A stretch of DNA of 64,000 nucleotides, taken from contig CAZEMI010000239.1 of NCBI GenBank assembly GCA_964513235.1, positions 3,991 through 67,990 of the forward strand. Direction: 5' to 3'. The notes under the pieces are model-generated. The model saw nothing but the letters and a program-made list of their open reading frames with translations. It ran no database searches and had not been told where the DNA came from. This DNA is from an uncultured Acidobacterium sp. (GTDB lineage Bacteria > Acidobacteriota > Vicinamibacteria > Vicinamibacterales > UBA2999). Every line of letters starts with the position of its first letter. Positions within the stretch are counted from its first letter, which is position 1. Position numbers and translations under genes: made by a program. This document shows positions 21,266 through 29,995 of the stretch, piece after piece.

Positions 21266-21377
21266 TCAGATCTCAGATCTCGGATTGCTGATCAATTGAC
21301 GATGGCAGAAGTTGGATCGGAAATCCTCTATCGACCATCTGCAATTGATCAGCAATCTCAAATCTGAGATCTGAGAT
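21266..21377. repeat. Palindromic element with heptamer (TCAGATC-like) arms, copy 1
   Basis: Perfect 16-bp inverted core gattgctgatcaattg (21283-21298) / caattgatcagcaatc (21342-21357), flanked by tctcaga/tctgaga repeats. Confidence 0.85.
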
Positions 21378-21924
21378 CGTCTGGTTTGGATGCCAAGAAT
21401 TGCCGCATCAAAGCCGCATTCCTTTCGTTGGCCTTCCACCAGATATCGGCGAGGGGGCCAATGAGCGGGATGCCGCCGAGGATCACGTCCACCAGGACGT
21501 TCGACAGCATCTTCGACACCAGCGACGGCGGCGGCGCGAACTGCAGCGTGCGCGCGATCAAGGTCAGCGACACGGCCGCGCCCGCGAAGTTGCCAAACAC
21601 CGGAATCAAATCGAGCACCGCATCGAGACCGACCCTGCCGACAATCGGCAGGGTAACGGCGCTGTCCATGATTCGCGCCAGCCGATCGATGTGAGCGCCG
21701 AAGAGCCGGTTGGCCTCGTCGATCGATATACCGCGCGCCTGGGCGAACTTCGCCAGGCGCGTGAACGCCACCGCCGCGGCGCCGCCCACGCTGCGATCGA
21801 CGATCGTCGCCATCTGCTCCGCGGTGCGCATGAACAGCCACCGCGTGACGAAGTACAGCGCCACACCAACGACGATGGCGATGATGAAGGCGACGAGGAG
21901 CCAGAACAGGACGAGCTCGAGCAT
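21358..21924 (-). CDS. DUF4112-family membrane protein
   Basis: RLARIMDSAVTLPIVGRVGLDAVLDLIPVFGNFAG..VDVILGGIPLIGPLADIWWKANERNAAL. Confidence 0.75.
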   Translation of the reverse strand: MLELVLFWLLVAFIIAIVVGVALYFVTRWLFMRTAEQMATIVDRSVGGAAAVAFTRLAKFAQARGISIDEANRLFGAHIDRLARIMDSAVTLPIVGRVGLDAVLDLIPVFGNFAGAAVSLTLIARTLQFAPPPSLVSKMLSNVLVDVILGGIPLIGPLADIWWKANERNAALMRQFLASKPDDLRSQI

Positions 21925-22039
21925 GACGATCTCAGATCGCAGATTGCAGATTGCTGATCAATTGATGATCTTAGATTGAATCATTCGATCTGCGATCGGC
22001 AATTGATCAGCAATCCGAGATCTGCGATCTGAAATCGTC
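21925..22039. repeat. Palindromic element with heptamer arms, copy 2
   Basis: Same 16-bp inverted core (21949-21964 / 22000-22015). Terminal gacgatctcagatcgcagat pairs with atctgcgatctgaaatcgtc (19/20). Confidence 0.85.
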
Positions 22040-22841
22040 AGGCGCGCGTAGCGGTGACCATCACGTCTGGATCCGCTACAGTCAGGCGCGTCGCCTGACC
22101 CTCGCGGGCGAAGGCGATCTTCACCGTCGGCACGCCAATCGGGAAGAACACCAGATTGCCGGTATGGATGAGGCCGCGGCGGGACGGTCCGGATGGACGA
22201 TCGATCCCCAACGCGTCCCGCTGCACGTCCACCGCGAAGTAGTCGCGGGGTCCCGGTCCGTAGACGTACTTCCCGACCAGGGCATCGCGATCTGCGGGCG
22301 CGATGGCAGTGGACCGCAGCGGGGTGTCGGCGTCGCCGATCGACTTCAGGTACTCGACCACCGGCACGGCGTCGGCGCCGCCGGCGCGGGCGTGCGACAT
22401 CAACGTGATGCCGTGGGGCCCAAGGGTCGTCTGGATCCCCGGTCGGCTGGCAACAAAGGCTTTCACCGCGTCGAGCTGTCCCAGCATCGCGGCGGAAAAG
22501 ATCGTCGGCCGCGCGCCGTGGCTCAACAGGAAGTCGGCAATCGGCTTATTGCCGACATGCGCGGCGGCGTCGATGCACGTTTCCCAGTCGCCGAATCCCC
22601 AGTCCATCGAGGCGCGCGCATAGGCGGGTTGCTTCTCGACGATCTCGCGCACCCGCGCCAGGTTGCCGTGCGAAACGCCGACCACTTCCTTGACGAGCGC
22701 CGGATCCTGCCCGGGATAAACGTCGGCAGATGACACCGCGGGCGGCGACGCGGGCTGACCCCAGGCGCGAGTGACCGCCGCGGAAATGCCAAGGGTGGAA
22801 AGGCCAGTGACCGAAAGAAATGAGCGACGCGAACGCGGCAT
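22038..22841 (-). CDS. Tat-exported ankyrin-like repeat protein
   Basis: GGAGG RBS 8 nt before ATG 22841; twin-arginine SRRSFL; ETCIDAAAHVGNKPIADFLLSHGA ankyrin-like repeat. Confidence 0.65.
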   Translation of the reverse strand: MPRSRRSFLSVTGLSTLGISAAVTRAWGQPASPPAVSSADVYPGQDPALVKEVVGVSHGNLARVREIVEKQPAYARASMDWGFGDWETCIDAAAHVGNKPIADFLLSHGARPTIFSAAMLGQLDAVKAFVASRPGIQTTLGPHGITLMSHARAGGADAVPVVEYLKSIGDADTPLRSTAIAPADRDALVGKYVYGPGPRDYFAVDVQRDALGIDRPSGPSRRGLIHTGNLVFFPIGVPTVKIAFAREGQATRLTVADPDVMVTATRA

Positions 22842-22954
22842 GGACATCACCTCCGCGGCGTTTATCGCAAGACGGCCGCGTTCAGGACAACCCAATTCGA
22901 GTTCAGGCTGTAACGCTCAGTGGTTCAGTCAGTTAGACGGAGGCGTCAGGACGC

Positions 22955-23042
22955 CCCTCGACTGCGCTCGTCCCTCGACTGCGCTCGGGACGACCTTGAG
23001 CTTGTCGAAAGGTCGGGGCAGCCCTGAGTATCATCGAAGGGC
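22955..23042. repeat. Cluster of REP-like elements (CCCTGAGC...TCGAAGGG family)
   Basis: ccctcgactgcgctcg twice, gaccttgagcttgtcgaaaggtc hairpin, and gccctgagtatcatcgaagggc overlapping the regulator stop. Confidence 0.75.
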
Positions 23043-23879
23043 GTGCTCGCGAACGGCGCGCTCGAATTCCTCGACGACCGCGGCTTCGAGCCCTCGGAGT
23101 TGCTCGTCCGACACGGGCAACCGGTTCGCCTTCAGGTGAGCCTGGTCTCGAAGACGGATGAAATGCGTGATGAACCGCAGCCCCGATTCGCCGCGCTGCA
23201 GTTGCCCGAGCAACACGTAATCGGCCTGGACATTTTCCGCGATTACTTTGAGGTTGCGAAGGTTGCGCGGTTGCCGGAGCACGGCCGCGTTGCCGACCAC
23301 CGCGAGGCGATCGGGATCCACCTTGGTGAGATGTTCGACGACCAGGTCCGAGAGGCCCGCGATGGGGCGATCGTATGCGGCCACACCGGTTTCGTTGTCG
23401 AACACCGAGACCGCGATCACGACGCGGTCTTGAAGGGACGGCGACGAGAACGCCTCATACATCATCCCGATCGACGCGGCGAGCATCGCGATCGTCAACG
23501 GAACGGTCACCCAGTTGTTGAACGTCTTTGCCGCAGGGGTGCTGTTGGCGGTGGCCGGCGGTGGCAGCGCCGACACCGGGGCAACAAACTTGAAGCCGCG
23601 CTTGGGGATGGTCTGCACGAAGCGCGGGTTCTCTCCGCTGTCGCCGAGCGCGCTGCGAATCTGCGACAGGCAATACGCGATGCCGCGATCGAAATCGACG
23701 TGCGTGTCCGATCCCCAGACCGCATCGCGCAGTTCCTCGCGGCTGACCACGTCCCCGGCCCTGGCGAGCAGCACCGCCAGGGCCTTGGCCGGCTGCGGCT
23801 CGAGCGCCACGGCACGGCCGTTCTTCCGCAGCTGGCCGCTGTCGCCGTCGAACTCGAAGACGCCGAACGTGTGCACCAC
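23031..23879 (-). CDS. OmpR/PhoB-type winged-helix regulator (CadC-like) with TM helix and TolB-N-like domain
   Basis: FGVFEFD..GQL.KNG..VALEPQP..LL.R.G.VVSREEL..VWG..IRSALGD....PRFVQTIPKRGFKF; IAVSVFDN. Confidence 0.85.
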   Translation of the reverse strand: MVHTFGVFEFDGDSGQLRKNGRAVALEPQPAKALAVLLARAGDVVSREELRDAVWGSDTHVDFDRGIAYCLSQIRSALGDSGENPRFVQTIPKRGFKFVAPVSALPPPATANSTPAAKTFNNWVTVPLTIAMLAASIGMMYEAFSSPSLQDRVVIAVSVFDNETGVAAYDRPIAGLSDLVVEHLTKVDPDRLAVVGNAAVLRQPRNLRNLKVIAENVQADYVLLGQLQRGESGLRFITHFIRLRDQAHLKANRLPVSDEQLRGLEAAVVEEFERAVREHALR

Positions 23880-23909
23880 GACCCCTTATACTCCACGCGT
23901 GGGGGACAC

Positions 23910-24335
23910 ATGAGCCAGATCAACATCGGCGGCGTGTTGAAAGGCGGGCTCGCGGCGGCGGTAATCATGACCATCAGCGAATTCATCCTCAACGTGCCGG
24001 TCGCCGGCGCGCAGATGGAGGCGGCGCTGGCGGCTCGCAACCTGCCGCCGGCCGACAGTGGCGCGCAGATCGCGGTGTTCGTGGCGTTGACCGTGCTCCT
24101 CGGATTCATCACGGTCTTCGTCTACGCGGCCATTCGCCCGCGCCTGGGGCCCGGCCCGAAGACCGCGATGGCCGCCGGCCTGATGGTATGGTCGTCGTCG
24201 TACCTCTACTCGGCCATCACCGCCGGTACCATCGGCTTGCACTCGATGGGCCTGGTCGTCCTGATCATCGTGTGGTCGCTGGTCGAAATGCTCGTGGCCT
24301 CCGCGGTCGGCGGCTACCTGTATAACGAATCCTGA
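23910..24335 (+). CDS. Four-TM membrane protein of unknown function (141 aa)
   Basis: True start ATG 23910 after GGGGGA; hydrophobic helices; YAAIRPRLGPGPKTA. Divergent from the wHTH regulator. Confidence 0.75.
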   Translation: MSQINIGGVLKGGLAAAVIMTISEFILNVPVAGAQMEAALAARNLPPADSGAQIAVFVALTVLLGFITVFVYAAIRPRLGPGPKTAMAAGLMVWSSSYLYSAITAGTIGLHSMGLVVLIIVWSLVEMLVASAVGGYLYNES

Positions 24336-24341
24336 TCACAG

Positions 24342-24566
24342 ACGTTGGCCACGGAGGCACTGAGCCACAAAGGACACCGGCGTCAGCGCGGTTCGCTCGC
24401 GGCGCTACGCGCCGCAGGTCGAATGATCAGTCGCGACAAAATGAGTCAACCAGTCGTGTCGCGAGGACTCATTTTTCGCGACCGATCATTCGACCGGCCG
24501 CCGGCCGGAGGCCGGCGTGAACGAACCGCGCTCTGCTCCGTGTCTCTGTGTCTGCGTGGCCAACGT
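24342..24566. repeat. 225-nt nested, branched inverted-repeat element (MITE/REPIN-like or structured RNA)
   Basis: Three concentric arm pairs plus two facing side hairpins, between convergent genes. Confidence 0.8.
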
Positions 24567-24571
24567 TCGTG

Positions 24572-25894
24572 TCACTTGATCACCAACAGCCGGTAGTTCG
24601 CCGGATGCAGGAACTGAATGCCTACATCAGTCAGAATCGCGTCATCCTCAATCGGAATGCGAAGCTTCGCGCCTCCCCATTCGGGGATCGGCGTGTAGGC
24701 GAAGTATTCGAACGAGAACATGTGGTGGTCGTGCATCGTGAACGTGGTCTGCAAGGGTTGCCACGTGGTGAGCGATGGGCCGATGTCGTGGCCGGTGTTC
24801 CCCACCGGATGGAAGCCGTAGACCACGTCGGTCTTGTCATCCTTGTTCGGACGATTGAACTCGATGACGCCGAAGCCGGCGGCGCGCAGCGCGGCGTCCA
24901 TCGCCTTCATCGTGTCGTCGGCGCGCACGCCGACCTTGATCGCCTTCTTCAGGACATCCCGCACCGACAGCGCCCTGTCGAAGGCGTTCTGGATGCTCTT
25001 CGGCGCCGCGGTCTCACCGGACTTGAGCACGTAGGCGACGCGTTTCACGTCGGTGCCGAAGTTCATGAGCTGGACGCCCCAGTCGATCATCATCACGTCG
25101 CCCGGCTGGATGATGCGCGCATTTGAGGTCGCGGCAATGCCGGTGGGACCGGTGATGTAGACCGAGGGCATGTCGAATTCGGAGCCCAGCGCGCGGTCGA
25201 GCAGGCGATCCTGCATCCACCACGCCACGTCTTCGAGCGTGGTCTTGCCCGGCGTGATCACGTCGTTCGAGAGCGCGCGTTCGGTGAGTTGAATGGCGAT
25301 GTTCGCGGCCTCGCCAAACGCCACAATCTCAGCGGCGACGCGGTGCGAGCGGAAATCCGCGACGAGCTTCTCGGCGGAGACGAAGCGGGCGGCGTAGGTC
25401 TCGCCGAGCGTTGTCTTCAGGTGTGCGAGCATCGTCACCGACAGCCCATCAGCGGGTCCGATCTCGTCGGACATGTTGAGCCCGATCCGCTTGGGGTCTC
25501 GCTCGGTGACGTGCGCGGCCAGCGTGGCGGCAGGACCGATGATGTCGTAGGCGCCCGACTCGTTGAGCAGGTAGCCGCTGGGCCCGAGCGCGGCGCGCTC
25601 GATGCGGTCGCCGCCGCGATCGGTGAACACGTAATAGCCGATGCCCGACACGTAGCCGCGGCCAAGGTCGTTCCACAGCGGGTCGTAGTGGTTTTCCTTC
25701 ACCGCCACGATCCACATGTCGATGCCGTTGGCGCGCATCGCGCGCGGCAGCACCTGCTCGAACTTGTCGAGGCGGATCTGCCGCTGAATCTCCCAGCGGC
25801 GGCGGGCTTCCTGTGCCACCGCCGGCGCCACCATGCACGCCGTCAGTGCGAACGCGACCAAAGTTTTCATAAGCCTCCGCGCGATCTGCGTCAT
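24572..25894 (-). CDS. Exported M24 metallopeptidase (Xaa-Pro peptidase-like)
   Basis: Signal peptide; IQPGDVMMIDWGV..TDVKR, FHPVG, FSFE, IEDD metal ligands. Confidence 0.85.
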   Translation of the reverse strand: MTQIARRLMKTLVAFALTACMVAPAVAQEARRRWEIQRQIRLDKFEQVLPRAMRANGIDMWIVAVKENHYDPLWNDLGRGYVSGIGYYVFTDRGGDRIERAALGPSGYLLNESGAYDIIGPAATLAAHVTERDPKRIGLNMSDEIGPADGLSVTMLAHLKTTLGETYAARFVSAEKLVADFRSHRVAAEIVAFGEAANIAIQLTERALSNDVITPGKTTLEDVAWWMQDRLLDRALGSEFDMPSVYITGPTGIAATSNARIIQPGDVMMIDWGVQLMNFGTDVKRVAYVLKSGETAAPKSIQNAFDRALSVRDVLKKAIKVGVRADDTMKAMDAALRAAGFGVIEFNRPNKDDKTDVVYGFHPVGNTGHDIGPSLTTWQPLQTTFTMHDHHMFSFEYFAYTPIPEWGGAKLRIPIEDDAILTDVGIQFLHPANYRLLVIK

Positions 25895-25958
25895 CGTGGC
25901 CCTTTTTACAAACGGTTACACGAATTCGGGCGTTTTCGAGGACGATTGACGGCTGTCA

Positions 25959-28199
25959 ATGTATACGCGATTCGCTTCCTTGGTCACGGCCGTGGCTCTG
26001 GTCACGCCCGTGGCGGCCGCCGCGCAGGGCGCGGACAACGGCAACGGCATCAATTACGACACGGCGCGCCTGGAGCGCCGGCTGAACGCCGCGCAGGCGC
26101 AGGGCCGGATCGAGCTCGATGGGCGCCTGGACGAGCCGTCGTGGGCGGCGGCGCCGCTGGCCACGAATTTCGTGCAGAACGATCCCAACGAGGGACTGCC
26201 GGCGACGTTCGACACCGAGGTCAAGCTGCTCTACGACGATCGCGCCCTTTACATCGGCGTGTTCGCGAAGGATCCCGAACCGGGCGAAATCATCGTCAAC
26301 GAGCTCCGCAAGGACTTCAACACTGGATCGGCCGACGGCTTCGAGGTGGTGATCGACACCTTCCGTGATGAGCGCAACGGGTATCAGTTTGCGATCAACC
26401 CGTCCGGCGCGAAACGCGACTCGCAGATGTCGAACGAAGGCCGCGACCAGAACTCGAACTGGGACGGCATCTGGGACGTGGCGACGCGGATCGGCGAGGA
26501 CGGCTGGTACGCGGAGATCGAGATCCCGTTCAAGACCCTGAAGTTCGGTCCCGAAGCGATGCAGACGTGGGGCATCAACTTTCAGCGCCGCCTGCGCCGC
26601 AGGAACGAGAACAGCTACTGGTCGCCGCTACGCCGCATCCACTCGCTGTCGCGCGTGTCGATGGCGGGCACGTATGAAGGGCTGCAGGGGTTGCGGCCGG
26701 GCGCGAACGTCCGCGTCAAGCCGTACGCGCTGGCAAATTTCAACCAGTTACCGAACGCGTCGCTCGATCGCGACTACGACGCGGGCCTCGACGTGAAGTA
26801 CGGCGTGACGTCGGGGCTGACGTGGGATTTCACCGTCAACACCGACTTCTCGCAGGTCGAAGCCGACGAGCAGCAGATCAATCTCACGCGCTTCAGCCTG
26901 TTCTTCCCTGAGAAGCGCGATTTCTTCCTCGAGAACTCCGGCGTGTTCCAGTTCGGTTCGGGCAACACGGGCGGCGGTGGCGGCGGCGGTGGCGGCGGGC
27001 GCCAGAACGCGTCGCAGGACATGATCTTTTTCTTCAGCCGGCAGATCGGCCTGTCGCCGGCGGGGAATGCGATTCCGCTGCTCGCGGGATCGCGCATCAC
27101 CGGCCGCGTCGGCGGCTGGTCGGTGGGCGCGCTCAACATCCAGCAGCGCGAACAGGACGCCAACCCGTCGACCAACTTCACGGCGCTCCGGTTGCGGCGC
27201 GACATCCTCGCCAACTCGGACCTCGGCGTGATGTTCCTCAACAAGGATCCCAGGGGCGCGGATCACAACCGCGGCTTTGGCGCCGACGCCAACTTCCGTT
27301 TCTTCCGCGATCTCACCGCCAACGTCGCGCTGGCGAAGAGTGATTCGCCGGTGGCGCGCATCCCCGGCGAGGGCGACGACTGGTATTCGAAGAGCAGTCT
27401 CGCCTATCGCAGCAACAAGTGGGACCTGCGCGGCATGTACCAGACGATTGGCGGCCGGTTCAACAGCGAGATGGGCTTCGTGCCGCGCACCGGTGTCGAC
27501 AACTCGGAGTTCTACCTGGGAGGCCGGTTCCGCCCGCGCAAGGTCCAGCGCTGGGTGCGCGAGACGTTCCCGCACCTCCAGTTCGAGAACTTCACGCGCA
27601 GAAACGGCGGCGGGCTCGAATCACGCTACATGGACTGGCACTGGCCGGTCACGTTTCAGAACAGCACGTTCGTCGAGATCGGCGTCAACCCGAACATCGA
27701 GGTGATCGACGAGCGGTTCACGATCAACAGCCGCCGGAACATCTTCGTCGACCCGGGCCGCTACGAATTCAACGAGAACTTCATCCTGGCCAACACCAAT
27801 TCGGCGGCGCCGTTCTCGATGAACCTGCGTTACGGCAACGGCGAGTTCTACGACGGCTATCGCCGCAACTACACCATCGGCGGCACCTATCGGATGAACC
27901 AGCACCTCAACGTCTCGTTGAGCGATCAGATCAACGACATCGAGCTGGGATCGGGATCGTACGTGACGCATCTGCTCACCGGCCGCGTCAACGTCTACTT
28001 CACGACCAAGATGTTCGTGAACGCGCTCGTGCAATACAACACCGACACCAACCAGTGGAGCTCGAACGTCCGCCTCGACATCATCCACCGGCCACTGAGC
28101 GACATCTACCTGGTCTACAACGAGCGGCACGATTCGCGCAGCGGCGCGCTGATCTCGCGCGCGGTGATCGCGAAGATGACCTACTTACTCGCCTTCTAA
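25959..28199 (+). CDS. CBM9-like + DUF5916 outer-membrane protein
   Basis: IELDGRLDEPSW, DGWYAEIEIPFKTL, DFTVNTDFSQVEAD..INLTRFSLFFPEKRDFFLE; terminal YLLAF. Confidence 0.82.
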   Translation: MYTRFASLVTAVALVTPVAAAAQGADNGNGINYDTARLERRLNAAQAQGRIELDGRLDEPSWAAAPLATNFVQNDPNEGLPATFDTEVKLLYDDRALYIGVFAKDPEPGEIIVNELRKDFNTGSADGFEVVIDTFRDERNGYQFAINPSGAKRDSQMSNEGRDQNSNWDGIWDVATRIGEDGWYAEIEIPFKTLKFGPEAMQTWGINFQRRLRRRNENSYWSPLRRIHSLSRVSMAGTYEGLQGLRPGANVRVKPYALANFNQLPNASLDRDYDAGLDVKYGVTSGLTWDFTVNTDFSQVEADEQQINLTRFSLFFPEKRDFFLENSGVFQFGSGNTGGGGGGGGGGRQNASQDMIFFFSRQIGLSPAGNAIPLLAGSRITGRVGGWSVGALNIQQREQDANPSTNFTALRLRRDILANSDLGVMFLNKDPRGADHNRGFGADANFRFFRDLTANVALAKSDSPVARIPGEGDDWYSKSSLAYRSNKWDLRGMYQTIGGRFNSEMGFVPRTGVDNSEFYLGGRFRPRKVQRWVRETFPHLQFENFTRRNGGGLESRYMDWHWPVTFQNSTFVEIGVNPNIEVIDERFTINSRRNIFVDPGRYEFNENFILANTNSAAPFSMNLRYGNGEFYDGYRRNYTIGGTYRMNQHLNVSLSDQINDIELGSGSYVTHLLTGRVNVYFTTKMFVNALVQYNTDTNQWSSNVRLDIIHRPLSDIYLVYNERHDSRSGALISRAVIAKMTYLLAF

Positions 28200-28210
28200 C
28201 GCCGCGCTCG

Positions 28211-28301
28211 CCGACGGGAGGCAATTCTTGTCGGGAGGCAATTCCCGACGGGAAACATCTCCCGACGGGGAAACACTTCCCGACGGGAAACATTTCCCGA
28301 C
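28211..28301. repeat. Tandem array of 17-18 nt imperfect palindromic units (CCGACGGGAAACATxTC)
   Basis: Units start at 28211, 28228 (variant), 28245, 28262, 28280 and 28297; no unique spacers; between convergent stops. Confidence 0.8.
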
Positions 28302-29455
28302 TATTTCAGAACGGGGCTCAGGATTCTAAAAGGCCCGGATAACCGTACTTCCCGCATCTTTCCATCCTTCCACCGCACGATCGCGTACAGCAGCGCGCAT
28401 AGCAGCACCGTCCCGAGCCACGAAAACTCGAGCGGCATCGAGCGACGCAGCGGCAGGGCGATGGCGCCATACGCCATCTCGACGTGAATCCAGTAGACGA
28501 ACAGCGACGACCGGCCGAGCGTCGTGATCACGCGGCCGGGCACATCGGGCGCGGTGAAGAGCGCGGCCCAGCGCCGCCGCACGAACACGTGGCAGCGATC
28601 GATCGCCCATGCCGTCGGCACGAGCGCCGTGTTCAGTCCCAGGCGCATGAAAAAGAACGTCGGCGAGCTGGTCCAGAAACTGGCATTCGGATAGATCGCC
28701 GGCTGGAACGACAGCGCATAGGCGACGGCGATGCCGGCGATCCCGGCGATGAGCAGGCCGAGTTGCAACCGCCGCTCCGCGCGATCGGTGTGCGCCGCAT
28801 GGACGAGCTCCCCGGTGATGGCGCCGCCGAGCAGGAAGCCGGCCCACGGGAACCACGCGAAGTTGCTGCGGCCGGCCAGCGGGCGAACGTAGGCTTCCAT
28901 GGCATCCGGCAGCGCCGCGAGCCATCCCGCCTCTCTCACGAGCGGCGTGCTCATCGCCAACGCCGCCGTCGCCAGCGAAAACAGCGCGATGCGAGCAGCC
29001 CGATGCGACGACAGGCTCCACAGGATCGCCGCGGCGAGCATCGCGAGGCCCATGATGTTGAGGATGTCGACCTTGAGGAGGTTGACCAGCGGTCCCCATC
29101 CAAGCAACTGCGCCTGCAGCCTGAAGAGGAATGCCAGCGCGAAGATCTGCAGCCCGCGCACACACGCCATGCGCGCCGCGGCCCGATGTCCCACCGCGGT
29201 GGCGCGGGCCGACGCCGCCATCGACAGCGTCAGGCCGGCGAGGAACAGGAACAACGGCGCCGCGAGCCCGGCGATGATCACCGTGTAGCCGTAGAGATCG
29301 CGCTGGCGATCCTCGACGCGGGTCCATGCGTCGGTGACGTGCGCGGCGACCATCACGGTGACGGCGATGCCGCGCAGCCAGTCGAGATACGGCTTGCGCT
29401 TCGTCCTGGGCGTGGTCGAAAGGCTCGCCCTGAGCGGAGTCGAAGGGCTGGCCAC
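28301..29455 (-). CDS. DUF1624 / heparan-alpha-glucosaminide N-acetyltransferase-like membrane acyltransferase
   Basis: YLDWLRGIAVTVMVAAH, APLFLFLAG, NFAWFPWAGF, LGRSSLFVYWIH. Confidence 0.75.
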   Translation of the reverse strand: MASPSTPLRASLSTTPRTKRKPYLDWLRGIAVTVMVAAHVTDAWTRVEDRQRDLYGYTVIIAGLAAPLFLFLAGLTLSMAASARATAVGHRAAARMACVRGLQIFALAFLFRLQAQLLGWGPLVNLLKVDILNIMGLAMLAAAILWSLSSHRAARIALFSLATAALAMSTPLVREAGWLAALPDAMEAYVRPLAGRSNFAWFPWAGFLLGGAITGELVHAAHTDRAERRLQLGLLIAGIAGIAVAYALSFQPAIYPNASFWTSSPTFFFMRLGLNTALVPTAWAIDRCHVFVRRRWAALFTAPDVPGRVITTLGRSSLFVYWIHVEMAYGAIALPLRRSMPLEFSWLGTVLLCALLYAIVRWKDGKMREVRLSGPFRILSPVLK

Positions 29456-29484
29456 AGGGCTAGCCCTGAGCGGAGTCGACGGGT
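29427..29484. repeat. Two direct copies of a REP-like element GCCCTGAGCGGAGTCGA(A/C)GGG
   Basis: Copies at 29427-29448 and 29463-29484, inside the 5' end of the DUF1624 gene and the 3' end of osmC. Confidence 0.8.
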
Positions 29485-29891
29485 GCAGGGTCGACCTCGA
29501 ACGACGTGTCGAGGGCGATGTCGGCGCCGAGCGAATGCCACACCGAGCAGTACTTGTCGCGCGAGAGTTGAATCGCGCGCTCCACCGCGTGACTGGGAAT
29601 TTCGCCCGTGACCGAGAAGTGCAGGGTGAAATGCGTGAAGCGGCGCGGCGGCTCCTCGGCGCGCTCGCCGGTGATCCGCGCCTCGAGCGCGGTGAGCCGG
29701 TGGCGTCCCTTGATCACGATGTCGGCCACATCGATCGCCATGCAGCCGGCCAGCGCCATCGCCACCGCTTGCAGCGGCGACGGCCCGGCCTGGCTGTCAC
29801 TGTCGAAGATGATGTGGTTCTGACCGGTCGTGGCGCGAAATCGAAGATCGCCCTGCCACGTCAGCGTTGCGGTAATTGGCGGCTTCGTCAT
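29460..29891 (-). CDS. OsmC/YhfA-family protein
   Basis: GPSPLQAVAMALAGCMAIDV and SRDKYCSV Cys motifs; start ATG 29891 (MTKPP). Confidence 0.85.
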   Translation of the reverse strand: MTKPPITATLTWQGDLRFRATTGQNHIIFDSDSQAGPSPLQAVAMALAGCMAIDVADIVIKGRHRLTALEARITGERAEEPPRRFTHFTLHFSVTGEIPSHAVERAIQLSRDKYCSVWHSLGADIALDTSFEVDPAPVDSAQG

Positions 29892-29995
29892 GTTGAATTG
29901 GGGACAGACCCCGCTTTTCAACATTTGTCACATCTTCGGTGAATGCCCTATCCGTGAGAAATGTTGAAAAGCGGGGTCTGTCCCCTAATCAACAT
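29890..29995. repeat. 42-bp inverted repeat doublet with GGGGACAGACCCC core (REP/BIME-like)
   Basis: 29890-29931 vs reverse complement of 29954-29995 differ at 3 positions; 22-nt spacer. Confidence 0.85.

Noticed and set aside
26969-27000. Poly-Gly tract in the DUF5916 gene
   Set aside because: A simple in-frame low-complexity loop, with no palindromic or mobile-element character.
28211-28301. Possible CRISPR mini-array
   Set aside because: Units are 17-18 nt and contiguous, with no unique spacers and no cas genes in the window.
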